64,000 bases of DNA from the NCBI RefSeq assembly GCF_048593235.1, contig NC_133620.1:444693261-444757260 (forward strand), written 5' to 3'. The translations under genes and the position numbers were made by a program. Each line of letters starts with the position of its first letter. The first letter of the stretch is position 1. Shown piece after piece: positions 36,592 through 50,923 of this stretch. The stretch comes from Sminthopsis crassicaudata. Its lineage: Eukaryota. The notes under the pieces were generated by a model. It was not told the origin of the DNA and ran no database searches. It worked only from the letters and a program-made list of their open reading frames with translations.

Positions 36592-39552
36592 GATCCTGAG
36601 AGGAGAGAGGAGCTGGAGGAGCAGAGCACAGGCTTAGACACACTGTAGCTTTGTGTCTATCTCATTTTTTGGTCCCCTTTTTATAGGATTTTGGGAGTTC
36701 ATGAAAAGAGGGAACCAACAGAAAATGAATGGAAATCCTAAGAAAGAGATGATGTCATTGTGAGTAATCAGAAACGAAAATGCAAAGTTGCTACCAGGAG
36801 CTGACATTTTCTTCCTCATTGCAGTTTTACCATTTTGTATATGTGTGTGTGTGGGGGGGGGGGGGGTTGTAACTTATAGCGAGAAGGAATGAAGAGAGAA
36901 GGTGTTGAGGAGTGGAGATTGGTGCTCAGTGGGGTGTGATGAACTTGAGTAGTAGTAGACACGGGCAAAGCTAAATAAGAAGGTTAGTATTAATCACCAA
37001 TTGGAAGTTGGCATTCAGAATGAATTCTAGATTGTAAGATTACAGATTTAGATTTAGATCTAGCAGGGCCCTTAGTGATCATCTAGTTTAACTTCTCATT
37101 GATTATAGCCCATGTGTCCTCTATGGCTCTTTATCCAATCACTCAGTTCCACTGATGAACCGCTGAACTTGGCTCCGTATTTTCCTTATCCTTACACCCT
37201 CCCTTACCTTATACAAGCTTGTTTGGAAGATTCAGATGTTGTTCCCTAATTCCATAAACTGGACCATCAATTAGTTCCTTTCTCTTTGAGATTATCCGTT
37301 CAAAATCAATTGAATCGTGCAGATTTAAGCGCTTTTTGCAATAATGTATAAGCTATGGTGGTTCCATAAAAACAGCTGGTACAAAGCATCTTTCAAAAGT
37401 CTGGGACACACTCTCCCAGAAGAACATCGAGAATCCAGGGGGAAATGGGCTTCAGCTTAAAGAGTGTAGAGATGATTAGGCGACTTGATGACTGTGAGTT
37501 TTACTTGTGGCAAAGGCATAAATCATAGCCTCCAGTTGCTGGAAAGTTTTTTCCATTCATGGAGTAGTTAAAGAGTTCCATTAAGCATGATGAAACTTCT
37601 TGGTTTGTGATGTAGACCATGATGAAACAAGGGCATTGATAGAAAATAATGGAAAAATAAGAAGTCCAAAATCTTCCAGAAGTATTGCACCCATACATGA
37701 TGTAATCCATCAATATTTGCAAGCTTGCTCTTCTTCTAGCCACATCGGGGATGTAGTTTAGGAGAAGTAAACACATCTTAATTAAAAATCTCTCCTTAGT
37801 CATTTCCTCCTGCACAGCAGAGATATTGTTGGAAAGCAGGGAAACCACAGTTGGCCCAATTTCTGGAATTGATCTCTTCTCAACTCCCTTGATAATTCAT
37901 AGATGATCCCTGGGCTGAGGTTGTTTCCTTGACCTATCCTAATGTAATTCCTGTGTAAAGTCATTCTAATTCAAAGGTGAGTTGAGACATTACACCTACA
38001 CAGGCTAAAGGGATTGTGTGCTTTAGTTTCCCTCATATAATAAGTTTTATAGATAGGTAGATATAGATGTACACACACACACATGCCTAACAAAAGTATG
38101 AGGCTGGATTTAAGCTCAGGTTCTTCTCACTCTAAGGTTGATATTGTGCCATCTAATGACCTCACCTAATTTTGCCCTAAAGATTTCAATTAAGCATGAT
38201 AAACTTTCTTGGCTTCTGAGGAAGGCAGGCTTATTCTTTTTATCTCCACTTTATTCATGGTAAAATTGCATCTTGAAGTATATGGTGTGAGATTTGGGTC
38301 TAAATCTATTTTCCCAGCAGTTTCAAGGAAGAGAGTTCTTACCCAATAAGTGATGTCCTTAGATATACTATGGTATGCTCTGCCATTTTTTTCTGCTTCT
38401 GTGTGAGAGTTCAGTATAAATGAGAAAGGGGAAGAACTTATACCATGATAGCAAAATATCTGTGGAAGTTACTGAATATGCTGATCATTGAGATGACTTA
38501 TCATGTTATTCAAAAGACTGATGATAAAATTTGCTTCCCACTTTTGTCTGGCTGTACATAGACTAGAGACCACTAGAACGAGGCAAACATTGCAGCCACG
38601 GCTGATGTCTGAAATTGTTGTGTTTGATAATACTTATTTGTACATTGTACCTTGTTATTGTGTCTCTGTTTCTCTGTCTCTTTCTATCTCTGTCAATCTC
38701 TTCCAACTCTCTGCCTTTGTGTCTCTCTCTTTTTCTGTCTCTGTGTCTCTCTTTTTCTGTCTCTGTCTCTGTCTTTGTCAATCTCTGCATCTGTCTCTGT
38801 GCATGTCTGTTTGTCTATGTCTCTTTCTGACTGTGCGTGTGGTTCTGTTTCTGTCTCTCTGTCTCTATCTGTCTGTCTGTCTCTGTCTTTCTTTCTCTCT
38901 TTTCCAATCTAGTTTTATTTGTCACTCTCTCTCTTAACCTCCACTTCCTATGTTCCTCACCCTCTCTGAGCTTCTGTGTGATAAGAGAAAAAAGATATGA
39001 ATATGTTTCTTCAGCCAGTCCAAACACTGATTCTGTCTTCACACTGTTTATCCAAAGATTTTTTCTAATTTACCCTCAAGGGTGAGATTGGCTAGTTGCT
39101 CAACACTTCTTATATATCACCTTATGATTTACTTTATTTTATAATTATAACTTTTTTGACAGTATATATGCATGGGTAATTTTTTATACCATTATCCCTT
39201 GCACTTACTTCTGTTCTGACCTTTTCCTTTCCTTCCCTCCACCCCTTCCCCTAGGCTGCAGGCAGTCTTATACATGTTAGATATGTTATAGTAGATCTTA
39301 GATACAATATATGTGTGCAGAACCGAATTTCTTGTTGCACAGGAAGAATTGGATTCAGAAGGCAAAAATTCTAATAATATAAATACCCCAAACTGCCATC
39401 TCATAATTCATATAAATTAAATTTCATTGATTAAAAACAACCCAGGAAGGCTGAGGTCTGGGAAGATTGCATCTGAATGTGGAATTCCTTAGCTTGGTCC
39501 ATTTCCTTTTAAGATTCATTGTTCTAAGCCTCTGAAGCCTTCAATTCAGCTC

Positions 39553-40818
39553 TCAGTCATGTATGTACTTCTGAACCCAGCCATCATTTGGGTTGGCACA
39601 CTTCTCCTGCCCCTTTTTGGTCAGGAAACTGTAGAGTAAGGAAAGAGAATATGAGAGATCAAGGACCTTTCCAACTGGAAATTAAGGGGAAGTCTCTCTG
39701 TTACCCTTTTCTCAACTTTCTGTAGATATCTGGAAGGGACTAAGGAAACACTCTCCCAAGTTCTGAAACCTCCATCAGACCCAGAGTGTCCATCTGTCTC
39801 TTTCTAGAGACATCCCTAGGAGAGATTTTCTCAGCCTCCTTTCTGACCTCGAATTATGGTTGCTTTCATTCATCCCTCTCCATTGGAGAGTGTTGTTCAC
39901 CTCTTGCTCCCAGAAAGACCAAACCTGGACATGGACCACATCAGCCACTGCTCTCCCTTTTATCTCCCTGAGCTGTCTGATGTAGCCATTTGGCCAAATT
40001 GCCAAAGAGCTTCATTCTCTCTTACTATCATCCTACCCTAAATCCTCTAAGAAGCCTCAGTGGGTAGATACTCACACCACAGCTAGCTGGGAACACAGGC
40101 TGCTCGTCTTATAATAGTCTGTCACAAATTTTCTGGGGATCTGCTGTCTGACATGGGAGAAGCAGCAGGCGGTGGGAGTGTTGGAGCCCAATGTAAAGAA
40201 AAGAGTTGCATGAAATCAGTAAGACCATACAGATTCCGTGGGTAAGGTTCTTCATCAGACACACACTGGGGATGTCCTTTCTCATATCTCCCCTCTAGTA
40301 CTAGGCATGGTTCTCTGGGAAGGAGGAAGATGAGACCTGACATTCCCATTCCCAGGTGGGTATCGATGGAGAAAACATAAAAAGCTAGAGATAGATGGGA
40401 TGTCAAACATCACACTGTCCAGATTCTTTTTTAGAGAGGAAAATGCTTGTCACAAGTATTTTAGTATCAGAGCCAGAACTAGGACCAAGCTGGATAAAGG
40501 CTCAGTCTAGTGATTCTTGCTTGTCTTAATGTTACGTATTAAATAGCAAATCAAGTCAAGAGCATATTCTTAATTACAAGTCTAAAGGCATTAAAAACCG
40601 TATGTGCTCTTGTCCCTGTCATTCAGGGCTCCCCCTCCCCACACTCCCAGATCTCTGTGATCATATCAAGCTAATCTGTCAGCGTTGTCCCAGAGTATGA
40701 CTAGAGCCTGGGTACAGACACAGAGGCAGGAGGAAACTCACTTACTTGGTGTAGAGGATGCCAGAGAACTGAAGATCATGACTATGAGTATGGAAAGGGC
40801 AGCCACAGAGACCTTCAT
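39553..40818 (-). pseudogene. CCL4-like gene B3; exons 40746-40818, 40076-40190, 39553-39628; acceptor AG>AT at 40191-40192
   Basis: Same lesions as B1 and B2, plus a private CCA>CTA change (SQPAVV>SQLAVV) in exon 2. Confidence 0.8.
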
Positions 40819-43539
40819 GATCCTGAGAGGCAAAAGGGGCTGTGGGAGCAGAGCACAATCTAAGAGACTCTGCAGATCTCTGTCTCAGTCTCATGTTTGG
40901 ACCCTGATTTTATAGGGGCATCTGAGAGAACCCAGGGAGATGGAGGCAACATAAGAAGGTAGAAATTCCTGTGTAAAATGTATGATATCATGTGGGGAAT
41001 TGTTAACTCAAAAGTGAACATAGGAAATACAAGGCTGGTGTCAAGAAACTGAGGTACTCACCCGCAGGGCAGTTTCATCATGGGAGAAAAAGGAGGGGGG
41101 ATAGAGAGAGAAGTGTGCATGTGATAGAGCGGCAAAGGTGTTAAGGGGGAAGTGGTGAACTTGTGTTAGAAGCAGAGACAGATAAGAAAAGTACAAAATC
41201 AAACAGCAAAGGGTTAAGTTCATCCTTTATCTAAAGGAGTATTCCTACTGCCTCGATATCAGAACAGCCTATATTTTAAGTGTGTAGATTTAAAACTAGA
41301 AATGTCATTAGTGATTTAGTCCAACATTTTCTTTTTAAAACTAAAGAAACTGGGCTCTAAAAAGATGTGACTAATGCTAGATCACAATGACAGTTAGAAG
41401 CACTTCTTGGATCTCATTCCTTATCTGCTGACTATACATCTTTTCACTCAAAAAGACTAGCCCATACAAGAAATTCGTGTCCCCTTATCAATACTCCCAA
41501 GGAAAATTTTTGTGGAAATGAGGACAGGATAGGACCAGGCAATGGGGACATTTAATTTTGTTCCATTCCTTTCTATATGATGCCATTAGCATCAATTTGC
41601 ATAACTTTTTAAGGGCACAAATTTTTTTTGACATTGACCATTTAAGCTTAGTATTTTTATCCCCTTCTTTCTAAACCTTACTAGTTGTATGGTCTTTAAT
41701 GTCCCAGCTAACAGTCTAATAAGAGGTATTGGAAAAGAGTGGCTACAAAATTATTGGTTATTGTAATGAAGCATCTTGTCTAGTTTCCATAACTAGTGAG
41801 TAACAGATTCTGGATCCAATCTTGGCCATTCTGACATCAAGGAAATTTACATAAACTGTGGGGGGTACTTAAGGGGAAGGAGGCAATGTGATAGTGGGGA
41901 TGTAGGTATGGAATAATGAGCAGAATTGCTAGATATTAATACAACATCATCATAGACATGTCATTTTTAAAAAAAGAAAATGAAATTGATTTATAATCAA
42001 CAAAACATTATGTGGAGAAATGCTTGAGATGTGGATATAATAGATAATGTTGCCACCAGATGAATTCAGGAATGATTGTAAGGTATCTCCTTCCATTTCC
42101 CTCCAGATTTCTTTTGATACAATCTTTCATGTCTAGTTATGGTGATTCTTTGGAGGATATTGCCCTGTATTATATAAGATGCTATATCTGATTTCTGTCT
42201 GCCTGCCCTCCAGTTTTCCTAGAATTTTTGTCACATACTAATCTTTCCCCAAATGGGTGACATTCTTGAGTTGGTCAAACTCTCTTTTGGAATATATACA
42301 AGCCCCTTCAGAATGAAGGAAATGGAAGTAGGAGAAAAACTGATGAAATGACTTTAATATCGTAGAGGAAAGCAACTTTGAATGAGTTAAGAATGCTGAT
42401 GATTGCAATGACTCATTATTCCATGAGAAGACTGAAGATGACACCATTTTTCCTCTCTTTTGGCATGGAGGTGACAAATTAGAAGTATCAAATCAGTCAA
42501 GCATTTTCAGTCATTGCAATGTTTTCGATTGCTTTGCTATTTTTACTTAATCTGTTATATGAAAGGGTTTCTTTTGGGAAATGATGGCAATTAGTGGATA
42601 ACAATGGCCATCTAAAAGGAAAATGAAAGCTCAGGAATGAAAAAAATAAATTAGAAACACAAAGAGAACAGAGCAGAAGTAAGGACAGAAGGAGATGCCA
42701 ACAAGCAGGGGAGTTTCCCTACCATTGTGATAAATTTAATATATACTTTAAAATAGCCAAATATGAGCATTCATTGATATTTTATTATTTGTAATAAAAA
42801 GGAAACACTTTATGGTCTCTGAGTGTCATAGCAATGTTATTTGTATGAAAGAAATTAGAGGAGACACTACAACATGGGTTTAGGGATTACTCCCTTTTAG
42901 TCAATGGTTCTTCTTGAAAAATTCTGCTTAGTCGTGGTATAGGTTTGGACTGTGGCTCTTCCCTATGACTCCTTCCATGTGCAGAGAGTCCCAAGTTACT
43001 TTTTCTTATGCTCAGTGTTGTCTGAGTCATGGGAGAGGAAAAAAAGAGAAGGAAAGAAGATCTTCTCAGCCAAGAAGGAAGAGGGAGAAGAAAATCAAAA
43101 CAGATCTAGGATTCTTCCTTCATAGTGTAATTTTTAAAAAATGGACTTCTCACATTTTGAACTCAGCATATTTCAGGCAAGTGTTACCTCATACAAAAAT
43201 CCATTTCTAATTCCCCATGTATACAATGCTTCTCTCCATCCTCTGTAGTTAATGTAAATTTATTTTGTAAATAAAATTTAAAATTTACTTCTCTGGCTAT
43301 GTAGTTTCCTTACACTGGACTTCACATTCACTTGAACTACATATTCCTTCTGGGTAGGGATTGTTTTATTTTTTTTTCTATCTGGGACTTTGCCACCTAG
43401 CACACATCATATGGTAGCTACTTAATAAAACTTGTGTAATACCAATAAATGTTGTAGAGGGATTTGCTGTTCAAGGTAAAAGATTGGCCTCATTGACCTC
43501 AAAGTTCTTGCCAGTCCTGCATTTCTTCAGTTCTATTCT

Positions 43540-45040
43540 TGGTTTTGTTTTTTGTTTTTTGTTTTTTTTTTCATTTTATCTTCTCTTTTTTTCTCCTTTT
43601 TGTTTTTTTTTTAAATCTTTTTCTTTTCAAATGTGGTATTTAATTGAGGGTTTTTAATTTGCCCTTTTTTTAGTTGTAAAGCCAACTCACTGATCTCTTT
43701 TTCTATTTTATGGAAGTAAGCATCTAGAGATATAAAATTTCCCATAGTAATCACTTTGGCTGCATCCACAAAGTATAGTATGTTGTCTCATTCCCTTGGA
43801 CAAAATTACTAATTGTGTCTATGAATTGTTGTTTTGCCCATTCATTCTTTAGTATAGGGTTATTTAGTTTCCAATTAATTTGGGGGCTATTTTCCTCTAG
43901 CCTTTTATTGCATATGCTATTTATTGCATCATGATCTGAAAAAAATGCATTAATATTTCTACCTTTCTGCATTTGATTTTGAGTTTTCATGCCCTAATAT
44001 GTGGTCAATTTTTGTATACTTTCCATGAATCACTGAGAAAAAAGGAAACTCCTTTTTGTCTCCATTCAATTTTCTCCAAAGACTTCTTACCTAAGTTTTC
44101 TAACATTCTGTTTACCTCCTTAACTTCTTGCTTATTTATTTTGTGTTTTGATTTATCTAGTTCTGAGAGAGCAACGTTGAGACCCCCAGTAGTGTGGTTT
44201 TGCTGTCTATTTCTTCTTGCATCTCTCTTAAATTCTCCTCTAGGAATTTGGCTGCTACACCACTTGGTCCATATATGTTTAGTAATGATATTCATCTTCA
44301 TTAGTATTGATGTTCATTAGTATTGATGTTCATCTTCAATATCTATAGTAGCCTTTAGCAAGATATAGTTTCTTTCCTTATTTCTCTTAATTAGATCAAT
44401 TTTTGCTTTTGCTTGATCTGAGATCAGGATTGCTACCCCCACTTTTTGTATCACCCTGTTTCAGGTGTGTTTCCTGTAAACAACATATTGTAGGATTCTG
44501 GCTTTTAATCCAGTCTGCTAATTGTTTCCTCTTTATGGGGGAGTTTACCCCATTCATATTTATGGTTAAAATGACTAATTCTATATTGCTTGCCATCCTG
44601 TTAACCCCTACTTGTGCTTTTCTCCTTTCCTTCCCTCTTACCCCCCTCCCCAGTATTAAACTTGTGAGCACCACTTGCTTTTCACAGCCCTCCCTTTTTA
44701 GTATCCTTTCCATTCCAAATTTTTTCCTCCTTCCACCCACTTCCTCCCCTAGGTGGCAGGTTGTCCAAGGCATGTTAAATATGTTAAAATATATGTTAAA
44801 TCCAATATATGTATACGTATTTATACATTTATCTTGCTAAAGAAGAAAAAGGAGGGAAAAATCTGGGAAAGAAAACAAAATGCAAGTAAATATCAACAGA
44901 AAGAGGGAAAATGATATATTGTGATCCACACTCAATTCCCACAGTCCTCTCTCTGGGTTATATGGCTCTCTTCATCACTTAACAATTGTAAGTGGTTTGA
45001 ATCATCTCACTGTTGAAGAGAGTCATGTTCATGAGAATTT
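43540..45040 (-). mobile_element. L1 composite, U3 copy
   Basis: Same peptides (43751-43990, 44005-44301, 44396-44773). Confidence 0.9.
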
Positions 45041-46713
45041 AGTTTTATCTATCATTTTCTTTACCTCAACTTCCCATCTTCCTCACCCTCTCTGAGCTTC
45101 TGGTTGATAAGAGAAACAAGATATGAACATATTTCTTCAGCCAATCCAAACACTCCTTCTGTCTTCACACTCTTCATCTAAAGATTTTTTCTAATTTACC
45201 CTAAAGGATGGGATTAACTAGTTGCTTAAGACTTTTATCTAGTACCTTATGACTTACTTTAAAAGAGTTAGAGCCACTTGATTTTTTTTCTTGGCTAAAT
45301 CAACAGCTCATCTTTATACTATATAGCATATATATGCATTGACATGCAGATTCCTGTCTTTATAAACTCTCATTTGAAAACAAATGTCAGAGGCAGGATA
45401 AGGATTCACATCTACTGAATCTAAATCAAAAGTAATCAATTTAGTACAGATGCCTCCAACATTAAAAGAAGTACTTGTTAGGCTAAAGTTAAATATACTG
45501 AATCTGTGTAGAAGCCCAGCTTAGGTAAGCTGTACATGGTCACTCAGATAGTGAAGCCAGGATTTGGCCTAATTATTCTGACTCTACATGTAACACTTTT
45601 TTCTGCTATTATGTCATGAGAAATAATTCCCATTTGATCACCTCTTCCCTCATTCTCTTTTTGTGTGACACTGAATTTCCATTGTGCCCTGAGCATATAC
45701 ACTGTTTCCTGAAAGTTCTCTGACAACATCTCAAGATCATAGGATTGGAGACACGGAAGGGAACCCACCAGACATCTAGTTCAAGACATAAGCAACTAGA
45801 GCGTCTCTATAACTGATCACCTGACTTCTGTTTAATGACCTCCAAAGAGAGGAGCCAATTGCCATACTAGGCATCTGGTTTCAGGTTTGGAAAGTTCTAA
45901 TTAGTGGGAGGTTGTTATTTATCCTATTATTAATCCTCTACCTCCTTGTCATTTCTACCCATTGCTCATTTGGGCAGAAACACTACAAGCCTGACCCTCC
46001 TCCTCATAATAGCTCTTCAGATACTTCAGTAAAACTACCATAACTGCCATGAATTCTTTCCTTTCTTCATTAGCCATCCTTCAACTCATCCTTAAGTGAC
46101 AGGGACTCTGGACCATTCTTCTTCCTGATTAAACACTACTGCTAACCCAATATCTTTCTAAACTGTAATGCACAGAATTGAACATAGTATTAGAGGCCAG
46201 ACTACGGTGGGATTAGCAATCTTTCTTCTGGGAACCTATGCCTCTCGATGTAGATTAGACATGTGGGGGCCCTTGAGTTTGCTGAATCAAAATGAGATGG
46301 TAATACACTTCAACAACCATTTTTTTTCATTCAGAATAAATGCTGCCTAAATCATCTCCCCCTTTCTAGTATGATAGTAAAGGAACTCTATCGGAGCAAT
46401 CCTATTTCTCTTGGGAAAACCAAAAAGACACAGAAAACATAATGGCTTGAAAAAGCTTTATTCTGAATTCTTTGTCCAACACATATTCATGGAACTCAGC
46501 AGATGGCCCCAGGTTTCAAAGGAAGCAAAGGTTAGGGCCTAACCCCCATGAGGGACAGGTGTCCTTCAAAGTGCAACTAGTACCAACAAATACCAAAACT
46601 TCCAGCTAATAATTTAAATAAATTAAATTTAACTGATTAAAACAAGCCAGGAAGGCTGGGTTCTGGGGTGATTTCATCTGAATGTGGAATTCCTTGGGTT
46701 AGTCCATATCCTT

Positions 46714-47971
46714 TTAAGATTCATTGTTCTGGACTCCTGTGGCCTTTAATTTCAGGTCATTCATATAATCCTGAACCCAGGCATGTTTAGGGTTGGCACA
46801 TATTTCCCAATTCTCATTGTTGAAAAACCTGTGGAGTGAGAGAAGAGATGAGAGACCCAGAAGCTTTTCAGCTGGAGATGAAGGGAAGGTTACTCAGTTC
46901 CCCACTTCCCAATTTCCTCTAAATGTCTGGAAGCGATTACCCACTTTTCCATTTTCTGAAACCTATTGAGTACATCTGTCTCTTTCTAGAGACATGCCCG
47001 GGAGACATTTCTTAGCCTTCTTCCACTATCATTGGAACTTGGAGGCAATTATTCCTGGGAGAACCTAACCTGGGCATGGAACCACAGGGGCTATGGCAGC
47101 CTCACCTGAGTTGCCTCAGCGACCCCTTTGGCCAAATTCCCAAATGGTTTCATTTTTCTTTCCTTTATCCCCTTTATTCTTTAAGGAGACTCGGGGGTAG
47201 ATACTTACACCACACCTGGTTGAGAACAACGGCTGCTGGTTTTATAATAGCCAATCACAGAGTTTCTGGAAATTCGGTTTTTGACATAGTGGAAGCAACA
47301 GGTATCAGAATGGCCGGGACCAGCTGTAAAGGAAAGAGTTGCCTTAAGTTAGTTTGGCCATAGTCTCACATAGCACATTCCTTAGATGCTTTTCATCAAG
47401 TACACTCCTTCATGTCTCCCTAACCTTGGTTCTCTCCAGCACCAGGTATGATTCCCATTGCACCTGGAGGAAGGCAGACCTGCTCTCCTCATCTCCATAA
47501 AGGGACCTAGGGAAAAACCTGAAATAGGAGAGCTAGGAAGAATGGCAGAGATCTACTCATGCAACTCCTATCTTTTATGGAGGAATCCAGTTGCTGCAGA
47601 AACCAAGAGTATTTAGTATCAAAGTCAGAACTAGAACCTAGTTGGACTAGAGGACAATCTAATGCCCCTTCTTCTCTTTTCTCCTGCCTTGAACTTACAT
47701 GTTAACCAGCACATATTGTCAAGGGCATGTTAATGCTTTCAAGCCCCAAATCTATAGAAAACCTCTTACATCTTCACTCCCCTCTACACCCTCATCAGAT
47801 TCCTTTAATCACACTATGGCTCTCTCTGATCAAGGCTCTGTCCAGCTCACAACCAGAACCTGGGCAAAGCCACAAACATTAGGAACAAGCCCACTTACTT
47901 ATTGCCGAGCATTCAGGAAAATTGAAGGCCATGACCATGAGGATGGAGAGTGCAACCACAAAGAACTTCAT
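46714..47971 (-). CDS. CC chemokine gene C3; exons 47899-47971, 47209-47323, 46714-46828; 100 aa
   Basis: Offset 11380 from C2. The coding exons read identical to C1 and C2 and the splice sites are intact. Confidence 0.93.
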
Positions 47972-50923
47972 GATCCTGAGAGGAGAGAGGAGCTGGAGGA
48001 GCAGAGCACAGGCTTAGACACACTGTAGCTTTGTGTCTATCTCATTTTTTGGTCCCCTTTTTATAGGATTTTGGGAGTTCATGAAAAGAGGGAACCAACA
48101 GAAAATGAATGGAAATCCTAAGAAAGAGATGATGTCATTGTGAGAAATCAGAAACGAAAATGCAAAGTTGCTACCAGGAGCTGACATTTTCTTCCTCATT
48201 GCAGTTTTACCATTTTATATATGTGTGTGTGGGGGGGGTTGTAACTTACAGCGAGAAGGAATGAAGAGAGAAGGTGTTGAGGAGTGGAGATTGGTGCTCA
48301 GGGGGGTGTGATGAATTTGAGTGGTAGTAGACATGGGCAAAGCTAACTAAGAAGGATAGTAACATTAATCACCAATTGGAAGTTGGCATTCAGAATGAAT
48401 TCTAGATTGTAAGATTACAGATTTAGATTTAGATCTATCAGGGCCCTTAGTGATCATCTACTTTAACTTCTCATTGATTATAGCCCATGTGTCCTCTATG
48501 GCTCTTTATCCAATTACTCAGTTCCATTGATGAACCGCTGAACTTGGCTCCGTATTTTCCTCATCCTTACACCCTCCCTTACCTTATAAAAGCTTGTTTG
48601 GAAGATTCAGATGTTGTTCCCTAATTCCATAAACTGGACCATCAATTAGTTCCTTTCTCTTTGAGATTATCAGTTCAAAATCAATTGAATCGTGCAGATT
48701 TAAGCGATTTTTGCAATAAGGTATAAGCTATGGTGGTTCCATAAAAACAGCTGGTACAAAGCATCTTTCAAAAGTCTGGGACACACTCTCCCAGAAGAAC
48801 ATCGAGAATCCAGGGGGAAATGGGCTTCAGCTTAAAGAGTGTAGAGATGATTAGGCGACTTGATGACTGTGAGTTTTACTTGTGGCAAAGGCATAAATCA
48901 TAGCGTCCAGTTGCTGGAAAGTTTTTTCCATTCATGGAGTAGTTAAAGAGTTCCATTAAGCATGATGAAACTTCTTGGTTTGTGATGGAGACCATGATGA
49001 AATAAGAGCATTGATAGAAAATAATGGAAAAATAAGAAGTCCAAAATCTTCCAGAAGTATTGCACCCATACATGATGTAATCCACCAATATTTGCAAGCT
49101 TGCTCTTCTTCTAGCCACATCGGGGATGTAGTTTAGGAGAAGTAAACACATCTTAATTAAAAATCTCTCCTTAGTCATTTCCTCCTGCACAGCAGAGATA
49201 TTGTTGGAAAGCAGGGAAACAGCCCAATTTCTGGAATTGATCTCTTCTCAACTCCCTTGATAATTCATAGATGATCCCTGGGCTGAGGTTGTTTCCTTGA
49301 CCTATCCTAATGTAATTCCTGTGTAAAGTCATTCTAATTCAAAGGTGAGCTGAGACATTACACCTACACAGGCTAAAGGGATTGTGTGCTTTAGTTTCCC
49401 TCATATAATAAGTTTTATAGATAGGTAGATATAGATGTACACACACACACATGCCTAACAAAAGTATGAGGCTGGATTTAAGCTCAGGTTCTTCTCACTC
49501 TAAGGTTGATATTGTGCCATCTAGTGACCTCACCTAATTTTGCCCTAAAGATTTCAATTAAGCATGATAAACTTTCTTGGCTTCTGAGGAAGGCAGGCTT
49601 ATTCTTTTTATCTCCACTTTATTCATGGTAAAATTGCATCTTGAAGTATATGGTGTGAGATTTGGGTCTAAATCTATTTTCCCAGCAGTTTCAAGGAAGA
49701 GAGTTCTTACCCAATAAGTGATGTCCTTAGATATACTATGGTATGCTCTGCCATTTTTTTCTGCTTCTGTGTGAGAGTTCAGTATAAATGAGAAAGGGGA
49801 AGAACTTATACCATGATAGCAAAATATCTGTGGAAGTTACTGAGTATGCTGATCATTGAGATGACTTATCATGTTATTCAAAAGACTGATGATAAAATTT
49901 GCTTCCCACTTTTGTCTGGCTGTACATAGACTAGAGAGCACTAGAACGAGGCAAACATTGCAGCCACGGCTGATGTCTGAAATGGTTATGTTTGATAATA
50001 CTTATTTGTACATTGTACCTTGTTATTGTGTCTCTGTTTCTCTGTCTCTTTCTATCTCTGTCAATCTCTTCCAACTCTCTGCCTTTGTGTCTCTCTCTTT
50101 TTCTGTCTCTGTGTCTCTCTTTTTCTGTCTCTATCTCTGTCTTTGTCAATCTCTGCATCTGTCTCTGTGCATGTCTCTGTTTGTCTATGTCTCTTTCTGA
50201 CTGTGCGTGTGGTTCTGTTTCTGTCTCTCTGTCTCTGTCTGTCCGTCTGTCTCTGTCTTTCTTTCTCTCTTTTCCAATCTAGTTTTATTTGTCACTCTCT
50301 CTCTTAACCTCCACTTCCCATGTTCCTCACCCTCCCTGAGCTTCTGGGTGATAAGAGAAAAAAGATATGAATATGTTTCTTCAGCCAGTCCAAACACTGA
50401 TTCTGTCTTCACACTGTTTATCCAAAGATTTTTTCTAATTTACCCTCAAGGGTGAGATTGGCTAGTTGCTCAACACTTCTTATATATCACCTTATGATTT
50501 ACTTTATTTTATAAGTATAACTTTTTTGACAATATATATATGCATGGGTAATTTTTTATACCATTATCCCTTGCACTTACTTCTGTTCTGACCTTTTCCT
50601 TTCCTTCCCTCCACCCCTTCCCCTAGACGGCAGGCAGTCTTATACATGTTAGATATGTTATAGTAGATCTTAGATACAATATATGTGTGCAGAACCGAAT
50701 TTCTTGTTGCACAGGAAGAATTGGATTCAGAAGGCAAAAATTCTAATAATATAAATACCCCAAACTGCCATCTCATAATTCATATAAATTAAATTTCATT
50801 GATTAAAAACAACCCAGGAAGGCTGGGGTCTGGGGAGATTGCATCTGAATGTGGAATTCCCTAGCTTGGTCCATTTCCTTTAAAATTCATTGTTCTAAGC
50901 CTCTGAAGCCTTCAATTCAGCTC

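Larger units (their letters stand above)
28121..39470. repeat. Tandem segmental unit U2
   Basis: Colinear near-identical copy of U1 with private small indels, for example a ~21-nt deletion in B intron 1 near 29205. Confidence 0.95.
39471..50840. repeat. Tandem segmental unit U3
   Basis: Colinear near-identical copy with a private 16-nt tandem duplication (cattagtattgatgtt) in the L1 near 44300-44331. Confidence 0.95.
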
